Assembly: GCA_033977065.1 (NCBI GenBank)
Contig: JAXCHI010000003.1
Coordinates: forward strand, 160,001-224,000
DNA: 64,000 nucleotides
Source of the DNA: Candidatus Algichlamydia australiensis
GTDB lineage: Bacteria; Chlamydiota; Chlamydiia; Chlamydiales; JAJFMI01
Direction: 5' to 3'
Shown in pieces: positions 49,676 through 59,396 of the stretch. The notes under the pieces are model-generated. The model was not told where the DNA came from and did no database searches. It worked only from the letters and a program-made list of their open reading frames with translations. How positions within the stretch are numbered: position 1 is the stretch's first letter; every line of letters starts with the position of its first letter. Both the position numbers and the translations under genes were made by a program.

Positions 49676-52573
49676 ATGTTTGGCATTTTAAAGAAAATAT
49701 TTGGCACTGCGCAAGATCGATTAGTAAAAAAATATTTTAAATCCGTAAGCGAGATCAATCGCCTTGAAGAGTCCCTTCAAAAACTCTCTGATGAAGAGAT
49801 TCGAGCCAAGCATCAAGAGTTACAAAAACGCGCTCAAGAGGCCTCACTGGATTCTCTTCTCCCTGAAGCATTTGCTTTAGTCAAAAATGTTTGCCGCCGT
49901 TTGGTAGGAACTGAGGTACATGTCTCTGGTTATGACCAAAAATGGGATATGATCCCCTACGATGTGCAGCTTGTTGGCGGAATTGCGATGTTCCACGGAT
50001 CTATTGCAGAGATGCAAACCGGTGAAGGAAAGACTCTCACAGCTGCAATGCCACTTTATCTAAATGCATTGACGGGAAAGCCGGTTCACTTGGTGACAGT
50101 AAACGACTACTTAGCACAGCGTGACTGCGACTGGATTGGGGCAATTTTTCGCTGGCTAGGTTTAAGAGTTGCCGCTTTAACCAATGGCACGGCTCCTCAC
50201 GAGCGCGCTGAGGTCTACAAGGCTGACATCGTCTACGGCACAGCTTCAGAATTTGGTTTCGATTATCTGCGTGACAATTCGATGGCAATGAGCAAAGAAG
50301 AGCAAGTACAACGCGGTCACTACTTTGCGATTATTGACGAAGTTGACTCTATTTTGATTGATGAGGCGAGAACCCCTCTGATTATTTCTGGTCCTGTAGG
50401 TGAGTCTCGCCAGATGTATGATGTGCTAAAAAATCCCGTTGCTACTTTGGTGCGCAAACAGCGCGATTACTGCACAAAAATTGCTAATGATGCGCGTCGC
50501 ACACTTGAAAAATTGGGCCTTTTTGATGAGGAACCAAAAAAGCTTGCTAAGGATGAGCAAAAAGATTCTGATGAGGCGTTCAAACAGCTCTGGCTTGTAG
50601 GCAAAGGTACTCCTCGTAACAAGGTCATCAAACGTATCAAAGAAAATCCCGATTTACGGGCGAAGTTAGAGACGTGTGAAACAGAGTTTTATGCTGAAGC
50701 GAACAAGGAAGAGCGTGTCAAACGATTGAGCGATCTCTTCATGATTATCGATGAGCGCTCGAGTGATTATGAATTAACTGATAAAGGGATTCAGACTTGG
50801 GCTGATGCGTGTGGCAATGAGGAGAGCAAAAACGACTTTTTGATGCTCGATCTCGGCCATGAGTACGCAATGATCGATAAAGACTCCTCTTTAAGCGATC
50901 AGGAGAAGATGCAGCGCAAAGTGGCTGCCCGCGAGGAAGATGCGCTCCGCAAGGAGCGTGCTCACAATCTACGCCAACTCTTCCGCGCCCACCTTTTGAT
51001 GGAAAAAGATGTCGACTACATTGTCCAAGAGGGCAAAATTGTCATCATTGATGAGAACACGGGTCGCCCCCAGCCGGGTCGTCGCTTCTCTGATGGTTTG
51101 CACCAAGCGATTGAGGCAAAAGAGTCTGTCGCCATCCAGGGTGAAACGCAAACATATGCGACAATTACGCTACAAAACTTTTTCCGCTTGTATGATCGCC
51201 TTGCCGGAATGACCGGTACGGCAATGACCGAAGCGCAAGAGTTTAAGGAAATTTATAAGCTAGAGGCTTTGGACATCCCTACTCATCGTCCTTGTGTGCG
51301 CGATGATAAGGATGATGAGATCTACATGACCGAGCGCGAAAAGTACAACGCGATTATTAAAGAGATTCAAGAAATCAATGAAAAGGGGCAACCGATTCTT
51401 ATTGGTACTGAGTCTGTCGAGATTTCAGAGAAACTCTCGCGTATCTTAAAACAGAACAATTTAGAACATGTGATCCTCAATGCGAAAAACCATGCGAAAG
51501 AGGCGGAAATCATCGCTAGTGCTGGTAAGCGCGGCGCGATTACAGTCGCCACAAACATGGCGGGTCGCGGTACCGACATTAAGCTTGAAAAGGGCATTGC
51601 AGAACTAGGTGGTCTTCATGTGATTGGAACGACGCGTCACCAATCACGTCGCATCGATCGCCAACTTCGCGGTCGTGGCGGCCGCCAAGGCGATCCAGGA
51701 AGCTCAAAGTTTTATGTCTCTTTAGAAGATCAGCTCATGCGTCTTTTTGCAACGCCAAGACTTACTGCGTTCCTGCAGCGCTTTCGCCCCCCTGAAGGTG
51801 AACCGATCTCTGCTCCGATTTTAAATAAGTCAATTGAGACAGCGCAAAAAAGAATTGAACAGCGCAACTACTCAATGCGCAAGCACACTCTTGAGTATGA
51901 CGATGTGATGAACAAGCAGCGCGGTGAGGTCTACAGCTACCGGAACGATCTGCTTCATGAAGAGAACGCTATTGATATTGCGGAAGAGTCTTTAGAAGAG
52001 GTCTGTGCACAGATGTGTAGCCAATATTTGGTTAGTCGTGAGGATGAAGCGGGCTGGAATCCTGAAGGTTATCGCAACTGGCTGATGGAGCACTTCCCTG
52101 TCACCTTCTCAACTGAAGAGTTTGATGATGACTATCTTACTGTTGAAGAGATTGAGAAACGTGCGGCAACAAAGGTTATTGAAGCGTTTGAAAGAAAGCT
52201 TGCTCATGAGCGCTCTACTATCGAAGCGATTCAGCGAAAGAGTGGCCGTGTAGAGGAGGGCGATCCTCTCAATAATATTTTGCGCAACCTTCTCACTCGC
52301 ATCATCGATAAGCACTGGCAGCAGCACCTGCTTCACATCGACCACTTACGCTCTGAAGTCGGCATGCGTGTTGTCGGCCAGAAAGATCCTTTGCAAGAGT
52401 TTAAGCATGATGCTTTTGCTCTCTTTGATCGCTTTAGCCAAGATCTGAAAGTGGAAATTGCGCACGCTCTTTTTAAGTTTGCCATCCTGACTCCAGAGGA
52501 GTCAGAGCGCATGCGCAAAGAACAACTCCAGCAGTTAGAAAAGTTAAAAAAAAGCAAAAATAAAATTAGTTAG
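49676..52573 (+). CDS. secA: Preprotein translocase subunit SecA
   Basis: MQTGEGKT, DEVDSILIDEARTPL, ATNMAGRGTDI and QLRGRGGRQGDPG motifs. Confidence 0.99.
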   Translation: MFGILKKIFGTAQDRLVKKYFKSVSEINRLEESLQKLSDEEIRAKHQELQKRAQEASLDSLLPEAFALVKNVCRRLVGTEVHVSGYDQKWDMIPYDVQLVGGIAMFHGSIAEMQTGEGKTLTAAMPLYLNALTGKPVHLVTVNDYLAQRDCDWIGAIFRWLGLRVAALTNGTAPHERAEVYKADIVYGTASEFGFDYLRDNSMAMSKEEQVQRGHYFAIIDEVDSILIDEARTPLIISGPVGESRQMYDVLKNPVATLVRKQRDYCTKIANDARRTLEKLGLFDEEPKKLAKDEQKDSDEAFKQLWLVGKGTPRNKVIKRIKENPDLRAKLETCETEFYAEANKEERVKRLSDLFMIIDERSSDYELTDKGIQTWADACGNEESKNDFLMLDLGHEYAMIDKDSSLSDQEKMQRKVAAREEDALRKERAHNLRQLFRAHLLMEKDVDYIVQEGKIVIIDENTGRPQPGRRFSDGLHQAIEAKESVAIQGETQTYATITLQNFFRLYDRLAGMTGTAMTEAQEFKEIYKLEALDIPTHRPCVRDDKDDEIYMTEREKYNAIIKEIQEINEKGQPILIGTESVEISEKLSRILKQNNLEHVILNAKNHAKEAEIIASAGKRGAITVATNMAGRGTDIKLEKGIAELGGLHVIGTTRHQSRRIDRQLRGRGGRQGDPGSSKFYVSLEDQLMRLFATPRLTAFLQRFRPPEGEPISAPILNKSIETAQKRIEQRNYSMRKHTLEYDDVMNKQRGEVYSYRNDLLHEENAIDIAEESLEEVCAQMCSQYLVSREDEAGWNPEGYRNWLMEHFPVTFSTEEFDDDYLTVEEIEKRAATKVIEAFERKLAHERSTIEAIQRKSGRVEEGDPLNNILRNLLTRIIDKHWQQHLLHIDHLRSEVGMRVVGQKDPLQEFKHDAFALFDRFSQDLKVEIAHALFKFAILTPEESERMRKEQLQQLEKLKKSKNKIS

Positions 52574-52626
52574 TTTTCATCAAATGCAATAAGTGTTAAT
52601 TAAAAGGTAGAATAATTAGGTTTGTT

Positions 52627-52899
52627 ATGAATTCTACCAAATTACTTATATTAACTTTACTTGTAACCAATTGCGCTTTTGCAAATCCTTCTGCAAAAAA
52701 TCTGCGTGCAATGAGACTCAAAAGTCTGAAAGAGAAGCATGAAGAGTTTCAGAAAGAGATTGTCAATCTTAAGCGTGAGGTAAACCAAAAAGCCTCTTTT
52801 GTTGATGAAGAAGTAGAGGAGCTAAAAGAGATGATCTTCATGCAAGAGGAGATGATCTTAGAGCTTACCGAAAAGCTTCGCGACCTCAAAAGTAAATAA
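52627..52899 (+). CDS. Small exported coiled-coil hypothetical protein
   Basis: Signal-peptide-like N-terminus followed by a heptad-rich charged helix. Confidence 0.6.
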   Translation: MNSTKLLILTLLVTNCAFANPSAKNLRAMRLKSLKEKHEEFQKEIVNLKREVNQKASFVDEEVEELKEMIFMQEEMILELTEKLRDLKSK

Positions 52900-52977
52900 T
52901 TTTTTAAATTCTTGCCTTGATCTTTATTTTATAAAAACTATATAATTTTTATAAATTTAGAACAGGGTTAGATTATA

Positions 52978-54135
52978 ATGTGGGTTCTCAAGTTAGTTAA
53001 TAATTTCGCAGTTTCTGTTAATAACAGTTCTGTTGTTTGTGAGGTAAAAGACTCATCAAAAAAAATTTACAATTTTCTGGCAGAGCACAAAGGAAAGTTT
53101 TTTATTTTAGTTGCATCTGCTTCTGCATACAAAATTAATAAGAAATACAAAATTATTGATCTCATCAAAAATAATAAGGCTGAAACGTTTAACTATATTC
53201 ATCGTTCTGCTCAGATCTTAGGAAATCTTTCCTGGTATCTCATCCCATTTACTGTTGCGTATTCAGTTCGCTCAGCAGCAAAGATATCTGGCAAAGCGAG
53301 CATAGCAGCTACTAAAATGCGTGATCTAGTAGAAAGCGCACGAAAAGGAGAACTCGACCCTTATTTTGGCAATGAAAAGATTATTGATGAAGTTTTTGTG
53401 AACCTTGGAGTAGAGAAAATGGGCAATACATTTCTTGTAGGCCCTGCTGGTACTGGAAAAACCGCTCTTGCCCATAGAATTGCACAAAGAATCGCAGAAG
53501 GTAATGTCCCTGAATTTTTAAAAGAGAGCAGTGTCTATGTATTAAAACCTGATACCCTTTTTTCTGGGGCAAAATATTATGGAGATACTGAAGAGCGTTA
53601 TACACAATTAATGCAAGAGCTTAAGAAAAAAAAGAATACGATTCTTTTCATCGATGAGGCCCATCTGTTAGTAAAAAATAAGGGTGGGGATCGATCGCTA
53701 GGGACTAATTTATCAGAAAGATTGAAAACCGATTTATTAGAAGGGGGATTTTTGTGTATTGCTGCGACCACAAGTAAAGAATACACAGAGTTTCTTGAAT
53801 CTGATGAAGCCTTTACTAGACGCTTTTTCCGTATTGATTTAGAAGAGCCTTCTGTTGAAACTACGGGACAGATTTTAGAATCCATTAAGGAAAAACGTTT
53901 TGAGAAACGTTATGGTATCAAGATTTCTGCTGAGCTCCTCCAAACAATTCCTCAAAAGTGCAAAGACCTTAAAGGAAATTTCCCTGCAAAAGCAATTGCA
54001 TTGGTTGAAAAACTTTGTTCAAAAGCAAGATTAGAAAAAAAAGAAGTGATTTCAAAAGAGATGGTATCGGCAGCAATTGCAGCACAAAAATCTCAGAGCA
54101 ATAAAGAAGAGACCTGGGCCTCCATGTACAATTAG
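52978..54135 (+). CDS. Single-domain Clp/Hsp100 NBD1-like AAA+ ATPase with a hydrophobic N-terminus
   Basis: GELDP, GPAGTGKT, GAKYYG pore loop, LFIDEAH, AATT and AFTRRF motifs; no second NBD. Confidence 0.85.
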   Translation: MWVLKLVNNFAVSVNNSSVVCEVKDSSKKIYNFLAEHKGKFFILVASASAYKINKKYKIIDLIKNNKAETFNYIHRSAQILGNLSWYLIPFTVAYSVRSAAKISGKASIAATKMRDLVESARKGELDPYFGNEKIIDEVFVNLGVEKMGNTFLVGPAGTGKTALAHRIAQRIAEGNVPEFLKESSVYVLKPDTLFSGAKYYGDTEERYTQLMQELKKKKNTILFIDEAHLLVKNKGGDRSLGTNLSERLKTDLLEGGFLCIAATTSKEYTEFLESDEAFTRRFFRIDLEEPSVETTGQILESIKEKRFEKRYGIKISAELLQTIPQKCKDLKGNFPAKAIALVEKLCSKARLEKKEVISKEMVSAAIAAQKSQSNKEETWASMYN

Positions 54136-57100
54136 AGAGGCGCCTCGCCTAGCCAATAGACATCATCTTCGAAGTTTAATGAGCCGTATGGATCAAAGCC
54201 GGGATCGCAGAGCAGTTTGCGACGGCGTATTTCACAAATATTTGTATGGTAGAAGGGGTAGTTTGGCAATCGCATAAAGCGGAATAGGGGCAGATCATCT
54301 TGCAGCTCGGTGTTTGCTACAAGTAATCCATTAAAAAGATCGATTCTTGATCCTCGACTTCGGCCAATTTTATAATAGATACGGAATGCTGCTGTAGAAA
54401 AATCTCCTTGAGGGAAATAGACGCCAAACTGCTCTTGAGGATTATTCCCTCTTCCTGTTCCTGGCATAAATGCTTCTCCATTGATAAGGGAGATAATGCT
54501 GTTTTCTGGGCGGTCAACTGTATAGATACGCAGCTGCCTCGTTGCGTTTAGGGTACCATCTAAATTAACGCCAGCGATTCCAAATCCAGGTGGGATTGGA
54601 TTGCGATTGTCGGTTACAATAGTTAATGGCCCGTTGCCATTTTCGGCTTGTGCTGCGCCAAACCCCGCGCTCTCTTGCAAGGTGAAATTGCGTCCTGCTG
54701 CAAGAAGGTGGGTCGAAGCGGTTAACGTTGGCGCTCCTCCATGCCCTCCGTGACCAATTCTTGCAAAACTTGTTGCGCTTGCACTCCCACCTAAAATATT
54801 CATATCGCCAAAGGGGCGCACGGTGATGTCTCCACCAAGTGATGATCCGGCCACACCTGCGTGGCCGATTTGCGCAAAGCCTGCAGCTCCTCCAGCGACT
54901 GTCGCTCCTGTAATTGTTGCGCTGCCCCCGATAAAGGTGAAATTAATTGGGGCATTATACGTAAATGTGGAGGAAGGGTCGCCATGTCCGATTAGCGCAT
55001 AGCCATCGGTATTTTCTCCATCAATTAAAAGATTTCTTCCGATGTTAGGAAAGCGAATTGCGGCTGTTGAGGAGGCGCTATTTGCTCCTATCTGGGCGAA
55101 GGTAGTAGCAAAAGTTCCTCCTGTTAAGGTGACATCGCGTCCAACAGCTCCTCTAAAATTTCCTGTTCCCAAAAATATTCCTGAAGGGGTTACTGCTGTG
55201 GTGTTGCCATTGATGATAAGATCGCGCGCGCTATCAACTGTGACAAGGCCGCTACTTCCCACAACTGATCCCCCTTCATCGATCACAATATCGCTAAATG
55301 TTTGCAATGCAATGGGCGCTGAAACTGTTGAGGAGACAAGGCCATCATCTGTAATGTGAATGCCCATTGTGCTTGTGCCCGAAGCGCGTCCAATTAAATT
55401 TATTTTTCCGGTTGCAGAGGTCACAAGGGTGGGCGTATCTCGGATATCTACTCCTGCATCACTTGTAGCCCCCGATCCCGCTCTTCCATCAAAATTGATA
55501 GTTGCTGAACCTGTAGAGGATACTGTTGCTAGATTGCGAATTGTAATCCCGTGAGAACCTCCACTCGCCCCCAGACCCCCTACTCCTGTAACAGAGATAT
55601 TTCCATCTAGTGAGGTTAAAGTTGCGTCTTGGATGCGTACGCCTTGCAGAGCACTTGCTCCATCTCCTGCTGTACCATTCAAGATCACTTGTCCGCTACT
55701 TGTCGAAGAGACGTCTGACTCAAAGAGAAAAATTCCATAGTTATTGGTTGATCCGGCTCCTCCTGCTCCAGTCAAAGAGAGATTACCTGCTGCTGATGTA
55801 GTAATCGTTGCCATGCTGCCAATATTTGTTCCGATCGCCTCATTTGCTGCTGCCACTGAACCTGTTCCATTTAACACAACATCTCCAAAACCTGTGGTTT
55901 CAATAAGCGGTCCTGTATTCACATTGACTCCGCTTGAGCTTGAAGAAGAGTTGGAAAACGATCTACCGGTTAACGTAATACCTCCATCTGTACAGGTAAC
56001 GGTTGTTCCTGCAGTATTGATCAAAATACCGTGATCATTATTGCTCCCAGCTCCGCTGTTGCCCGTGATTGAAATGGGACCTATCGAAGTGCCTGTAAGA
56101 GTGGAAGCGCCATTGATCAAGACACCGTGATTATCTGTGCTGCTTCCATCCCCACCTGTTCCTGAAAAGATAAGTCCTCCTGTGCTAGATGCACTTAAGA
56201 GAGCGGCATTTAAAAGATGTATACCATAATTGTCTGAGGTTCCATCTCCGCCTGTTCCAGTAAAAGTAAATGTTCCGCTTCCCGAGTTGATTACTGATGT
56301 ACCAGAGAGGCTAATTCCAATAAGATCGCTTATGCCTGTTGCATTGTTCGTTCCAATCGTTTCAATATTTCCTGCACCCCCTGTAAATGTGGCTGTTCCT
56401 ATACTAACGCCGCTTACAGGAGTCACTGTGCTTGATGCTACAGTCCCTGAGAGCGTAGCAAGGCCTGAACCACCAGTAAATGTGGTGCTGTTCCCAAACC
56501 GAACTCCATGATCATCTATGCTTGTCCCTGTAATAGTGCCGGTAGTTCCAAAAGTAATGGCGGCAGTCGCACCTGTTACTTCAACACCGGCTCCTGTTCC
56601 TCCTGTTTTTGTTCCAGAAATTGTAGTTACAGCTGTAGATGAGATAATGGAGTCGCTAATCGCTACTGCACTTGAGCCTGAGCTTGTATCAGATGGGGTG
56701 CGAATAGTAAGCGTACCCGCAGTTCCTGTTTTTTCAATTAATGATGTTGAGGAGATCCCAATTGATCCTCCAGTATCTGGGGCGATGGTAATATCAGATT
56801 GAGCAGAAGCGACTTTTATATCTGAGCTTGAGATCACAATCTCTCCTGATGTTCCCAATCCTGTTGTGATTGTTACATTATTGGTAGTCGTTCCAGTATC
56901 GATAGTACCAGTTGTTTCAATCAGTGCTCCACCTTGAACTTGAACTGCTACATTTGTAGAAGGACCTCTTGTTCCCGTTATGAGAATTGAACCGTCAATA
57001 CTTGTAATCTGAGCGCCATCTGCAACGCCTCCCCCCTCAATTTGCACGCCGCGATTGTTCGTTCCCCCTCCCCCATCACTAACACCTGTACCTGTGATCG

Positions 57101-59396
57101 TGATAGATGCAGCTGTTGATCCTGTTCCCAAAGAGCGGATCAGCAACACGCTCCCATTTCCATCAATATTGATTCCTCTATTCGACCCACCAGGAGAAAG
57201 GGGTGTTGTAACAGCCTGGTTTCCATTAATCGTAATGGCTCCTGTTGTAGAGGTGATTGCTGAGGCATTTACAATACTTGTGCCAAAATTACTCCCAGCT
57301 ACTCCAAGGCCCGAGAGTCCATCAATTGTAATGCTTCCGGTTGCTGCTGTGTCTGAAACAACACTTGAATCACTGATTCGTACGCCATCTGCAGAGCCCG
57401 TAGTGCTTGCTGCTCCCGTTCCTGTAAACTGAATCGTAGCAGGACCAAGTGTTGTAACAGAAGCTGAAGAGTCTAACTGAATACCGTGGCCGCTATTGCC
57501 TGTTGTTGAAGGAATAAAATTTTGATTTCCGCTTAGGAGAATATTGCCATTTGTTGACGTAATTGCTGTGCCATTAAGCTCAACACCATAGCAGTTATCT
57601 ACACCACTACCACCTTCACCCGTAACTGTTATGGTTCCAGCACTACCACTTCCAGAAGTAATAATTGAGTCAAAAAGAGTCACCCCTCTGATATTTGAAG
57701 CACCCGTTTCTAAATGAGCATCTCCTGAGATGGCAATATTCCCTGAGTTTGTCGTCAATGCACAAGTTGTAATTGAGACTGCATCAGCGGTATTGGCTGC
57801 CGTCTGCACTCCTGTGATCGTCATCCCACCCGATCCACATGTGAGAGTTGCCATGTTTGCTGTTACACTTCCTGTTGCTGCCGTCAGGGTAATCGCGTCG
57901 GTACTAATCGAAGCTCCTGTGTTGACATTGACGTCATTAGCAGCTGTTGCAATTAGAGAGCCTACTGTATTTGTGATGGCCGCATCGATATCAATATCAA
58001 CAGCAGCATCTAAGGTTAGCGTCGACGCAAAAGACCAATCGATGGGTACGCTAACCGTAAGTGTTCCACCAGTTCCTGTTGGTGTGGCCGACCCTGACGT
58101 GGTTACCGTCACGCTTGCAGTGGCAAGATTTGTGGTTAATGTGTCCACGTTTAGTACTGCGGGATTTGAGGTTGGAGAAAAAGTGGGAAGCGTAAGGTTC
58201 ATTCCTGAATCCGCTCCCGCACTGATTACAACATCTGTATCGGGATCTAATAGCAGATCTCCCAATTTTCCGAAGGGTGCCCGGCAGTCGCACTTGCCGC
58301 GATAGAGCAAGCTCTGATTTCCGGATACTTCTACAAAACCGCCGTCCCCTCCTTCGCTGCCTCCGCGTGAGGTGATCTCACCAAAAAATTTCATTTCACG
58401 ATCAGCCCAAAAGACAACTTTACCGCCATTGCCCTCTTTCTTGGCATCCGCATCGATGAATGCGCCATTTGTGACAACTACATCTAAGGCGTTGGGAATC
58501 TCCATATCAAGACCGCGGTAGTCGCCACCAACTAAAAGTGTGCCTCCACCATTTTCTGCAGAGATATCGACATGGGCGTGATCTCCCAAAAAGATTTTAT
58601 CACCCAAGATGTGTACCTCTCCGCCCTTGGCCTCAATCTCTCCGTCAAAATTTGTCTTCCCATGTTCCGCAACAAGATAGATTCTTCCTTTACTCTTTTT
58701 AGAAGAAGTCGCCTCAATTTTCCCTTCACAGCTAATCGCTTTGTCATAAACACTGCCTGTTCGCAGCTCGGTAACTAAAGATTGAATTTCCCCGCTCTGC
58801 TGAATCGAAGTGCCCCCTTTTGCTTGTACAAAGATACGCTGGTTACCTTCAGGTTTAAGTAAAATTTTCGGTCCACTAGCAAGAGCAACAAAATCCCCTT
58901 TAATGTTTCCGCGATTGGCGACATTGTGCGCTATGAGTGCAACCTCTCCCTGCATGCAGGAAATTTTTCCTAAATTGATCACATCTGCTTGCGAGTCTCC
59001 AGAAAAAAGTAACTCCTCACCACGCAAAAAGTCCTGGTCCAAAACATCTAAAGAGGAAGCCACAAATCCAGCCGTATTGATCACTGCATCCTTACCAATT
59101 AAAACCCCTTTAGGGTTAAGCAAGTAGACCTTCCCGTTGGATTCGAGCTGACCAAGCAATTCTGAGCGCGCTCCTGAAACGCGATTTAAGATCGCCGATT
59201 TTTGATCTGGCATGGCAAAACGCACCTTCTCATCCTTGCCAATCGAAAATTCATCCCATTTCACGACAGCTCGCTTGCCACTTTCAATTACAAGCGTACC
59301 CGATTGCTCTTTGCAGCTCGCCTTTCCAGAAAGAGTTTTCATTCCGGCCGGTTTCGCAACAAGTGCTAGAGGAAGTAGCAAGAAGAGTGCTCTCAT
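54132..59396 (-). CDS. Filamentous haemagglutinin-like TpsA exoprotein
   Basis: Signal peptide, TPS domain (WDEFSIG, AILNRV, NPKGV), GGFVEVSG...LLLDP, and long G/T/S-rich beta-helix repeats. Confidence 0.9.
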   Translation of the reverse strand: MRALFLLLPLALVAKPAGMKTLSGKASCKEQSGTLVIESGKRAVVKWDEFSIGKDEKVRFAMPDQKSAILNRVSGARSELLGQLESNGKVYLLNPKGVLIGKDAVINTAGFVASSLDVLDQDFLRGEELLFSGDSQADVINLGKISCMQGEVALIAHNVANRGNIKGDFVALASGPKILLKPEGNQRIFVQAKGGTSIQQSGEIQSLVTELRTGSVYDKAISCEGKIEATSSKKSKGRIYLVAEHGKTNFDGEIEAKGGEVHILGDKIFLGDHAHVDISAENGGGTLLVGGDYRGLDMEIPNALDVVVTNGAFIDADAKKEGNGGKVVFWADREMKFFGEITSRGGSEGGDGGFVEVSGNQSLLYRGKCDCRAPFGKLGDLLLDPDTDVVISAGADSGMNLTLPTFSPTSNPAVLNVDTLTTNLATASVTVTTSGSATPTGTGGTLTVSVPIDWSFASTLTLDAAVDIDIDAAITNTVGSLIATAANDVNVNTGASISTDAITLTAATGSVTANMATLTCGSGGMTITGVQTAANTADAVSITTCALTTNSGNIAISGDAHLETGASNIRGVTLFDSIITSGSGSAGTITVTGEGGSGVDNCYGVELNGTAITSTNGNILLSGNQNFIPSTTGNSGHGIQLDSSASVTTLGPATIQFTGTGAASTTGSADGVRISDSSVVSDTAATGSITIDGLSGLGVAGSNFGTSIVNASAITSTTGAITINGNQAVTTPLSPGGSNRGINIDGNGSVLLIRSLGTGSTAASITITGTGVSDGGGGTNNRGVQIEGGGVADGAQITSIDGSILITGTRGPSTNVAVQVQGGALIETTGTIDTGTTTNNVTITTGLGTSGEIVISSSDIKVASAQSDITIAPDTGGSIGISSTSLIEKTGTAGTLTIRTPSDTSSGSSAVAISDSIISSTAVTTISGTKTGGTGAGVEVTGATAAITFGTTGTITGTSIDDHGVRFGNSTTFTGGSGLATLSGTVASSTVTPVSGVSIGTATFTGGAGNIETIGTNNATGISDLIGISLSGTSVINSGSGTFTFTGTGGDGTSDNYGIHLLNAALLSASSTGGLIFSGTGGDGSSTDNHGVLINGASTLTGTSIGPISITGNSGAGSNNDHGILINTAGTTVTCTDGGITLTGRSFSNSSSSSSGVNVNTGPLIETTGFGDVVLNGTGSVAAANEAIGTNIGSMATITTSAAGNLSLTGAGGAGSTNNYGIFLFESDVSSTSSGQVILNGTAGDGASALQGVRIQDATLTSLDGNISVTGVGGLGASGGSHGITIRNLATVSSTGSATINFDGRAGSGATSDAGVDIRDTPTLVTSATGKINLIGRASGTSTMGIHITDDGLVSSTVSAPIALQTFSDIVIDEGGSVVGSSGLVTVDSARDLIINGNTTAVTPSGIFLGTGNFRGAVGRDVTLTGGTFATTFAQIGANSASSTAAIRFPNIGRNLLIDGENTDGYALIGHGDPSSTFTYNAPINFTFIGGSATITGATVAGGAAGFAQIGHAGVAGSSLGGDITVRPFGDMNILGGSASATSFARIGHGGHGGAPTLTASTHLLAAGRNFTLQESAGFGAAQAENGNGPLTIVTDNRNPIPPGFGIAGVNLDGTLNATRQLRIYTVDRPENSIISLINGEAFMPGTGRGNNPQEQFGVYFPQGDFSTAAFRIYYKIGRSRGSRIDLFNGLLVANTELQDDLPLFRFMRLPNYPFYHTNICEIRRRKLLCDPGFDPYGSLNFEDDVYWLGEAPL

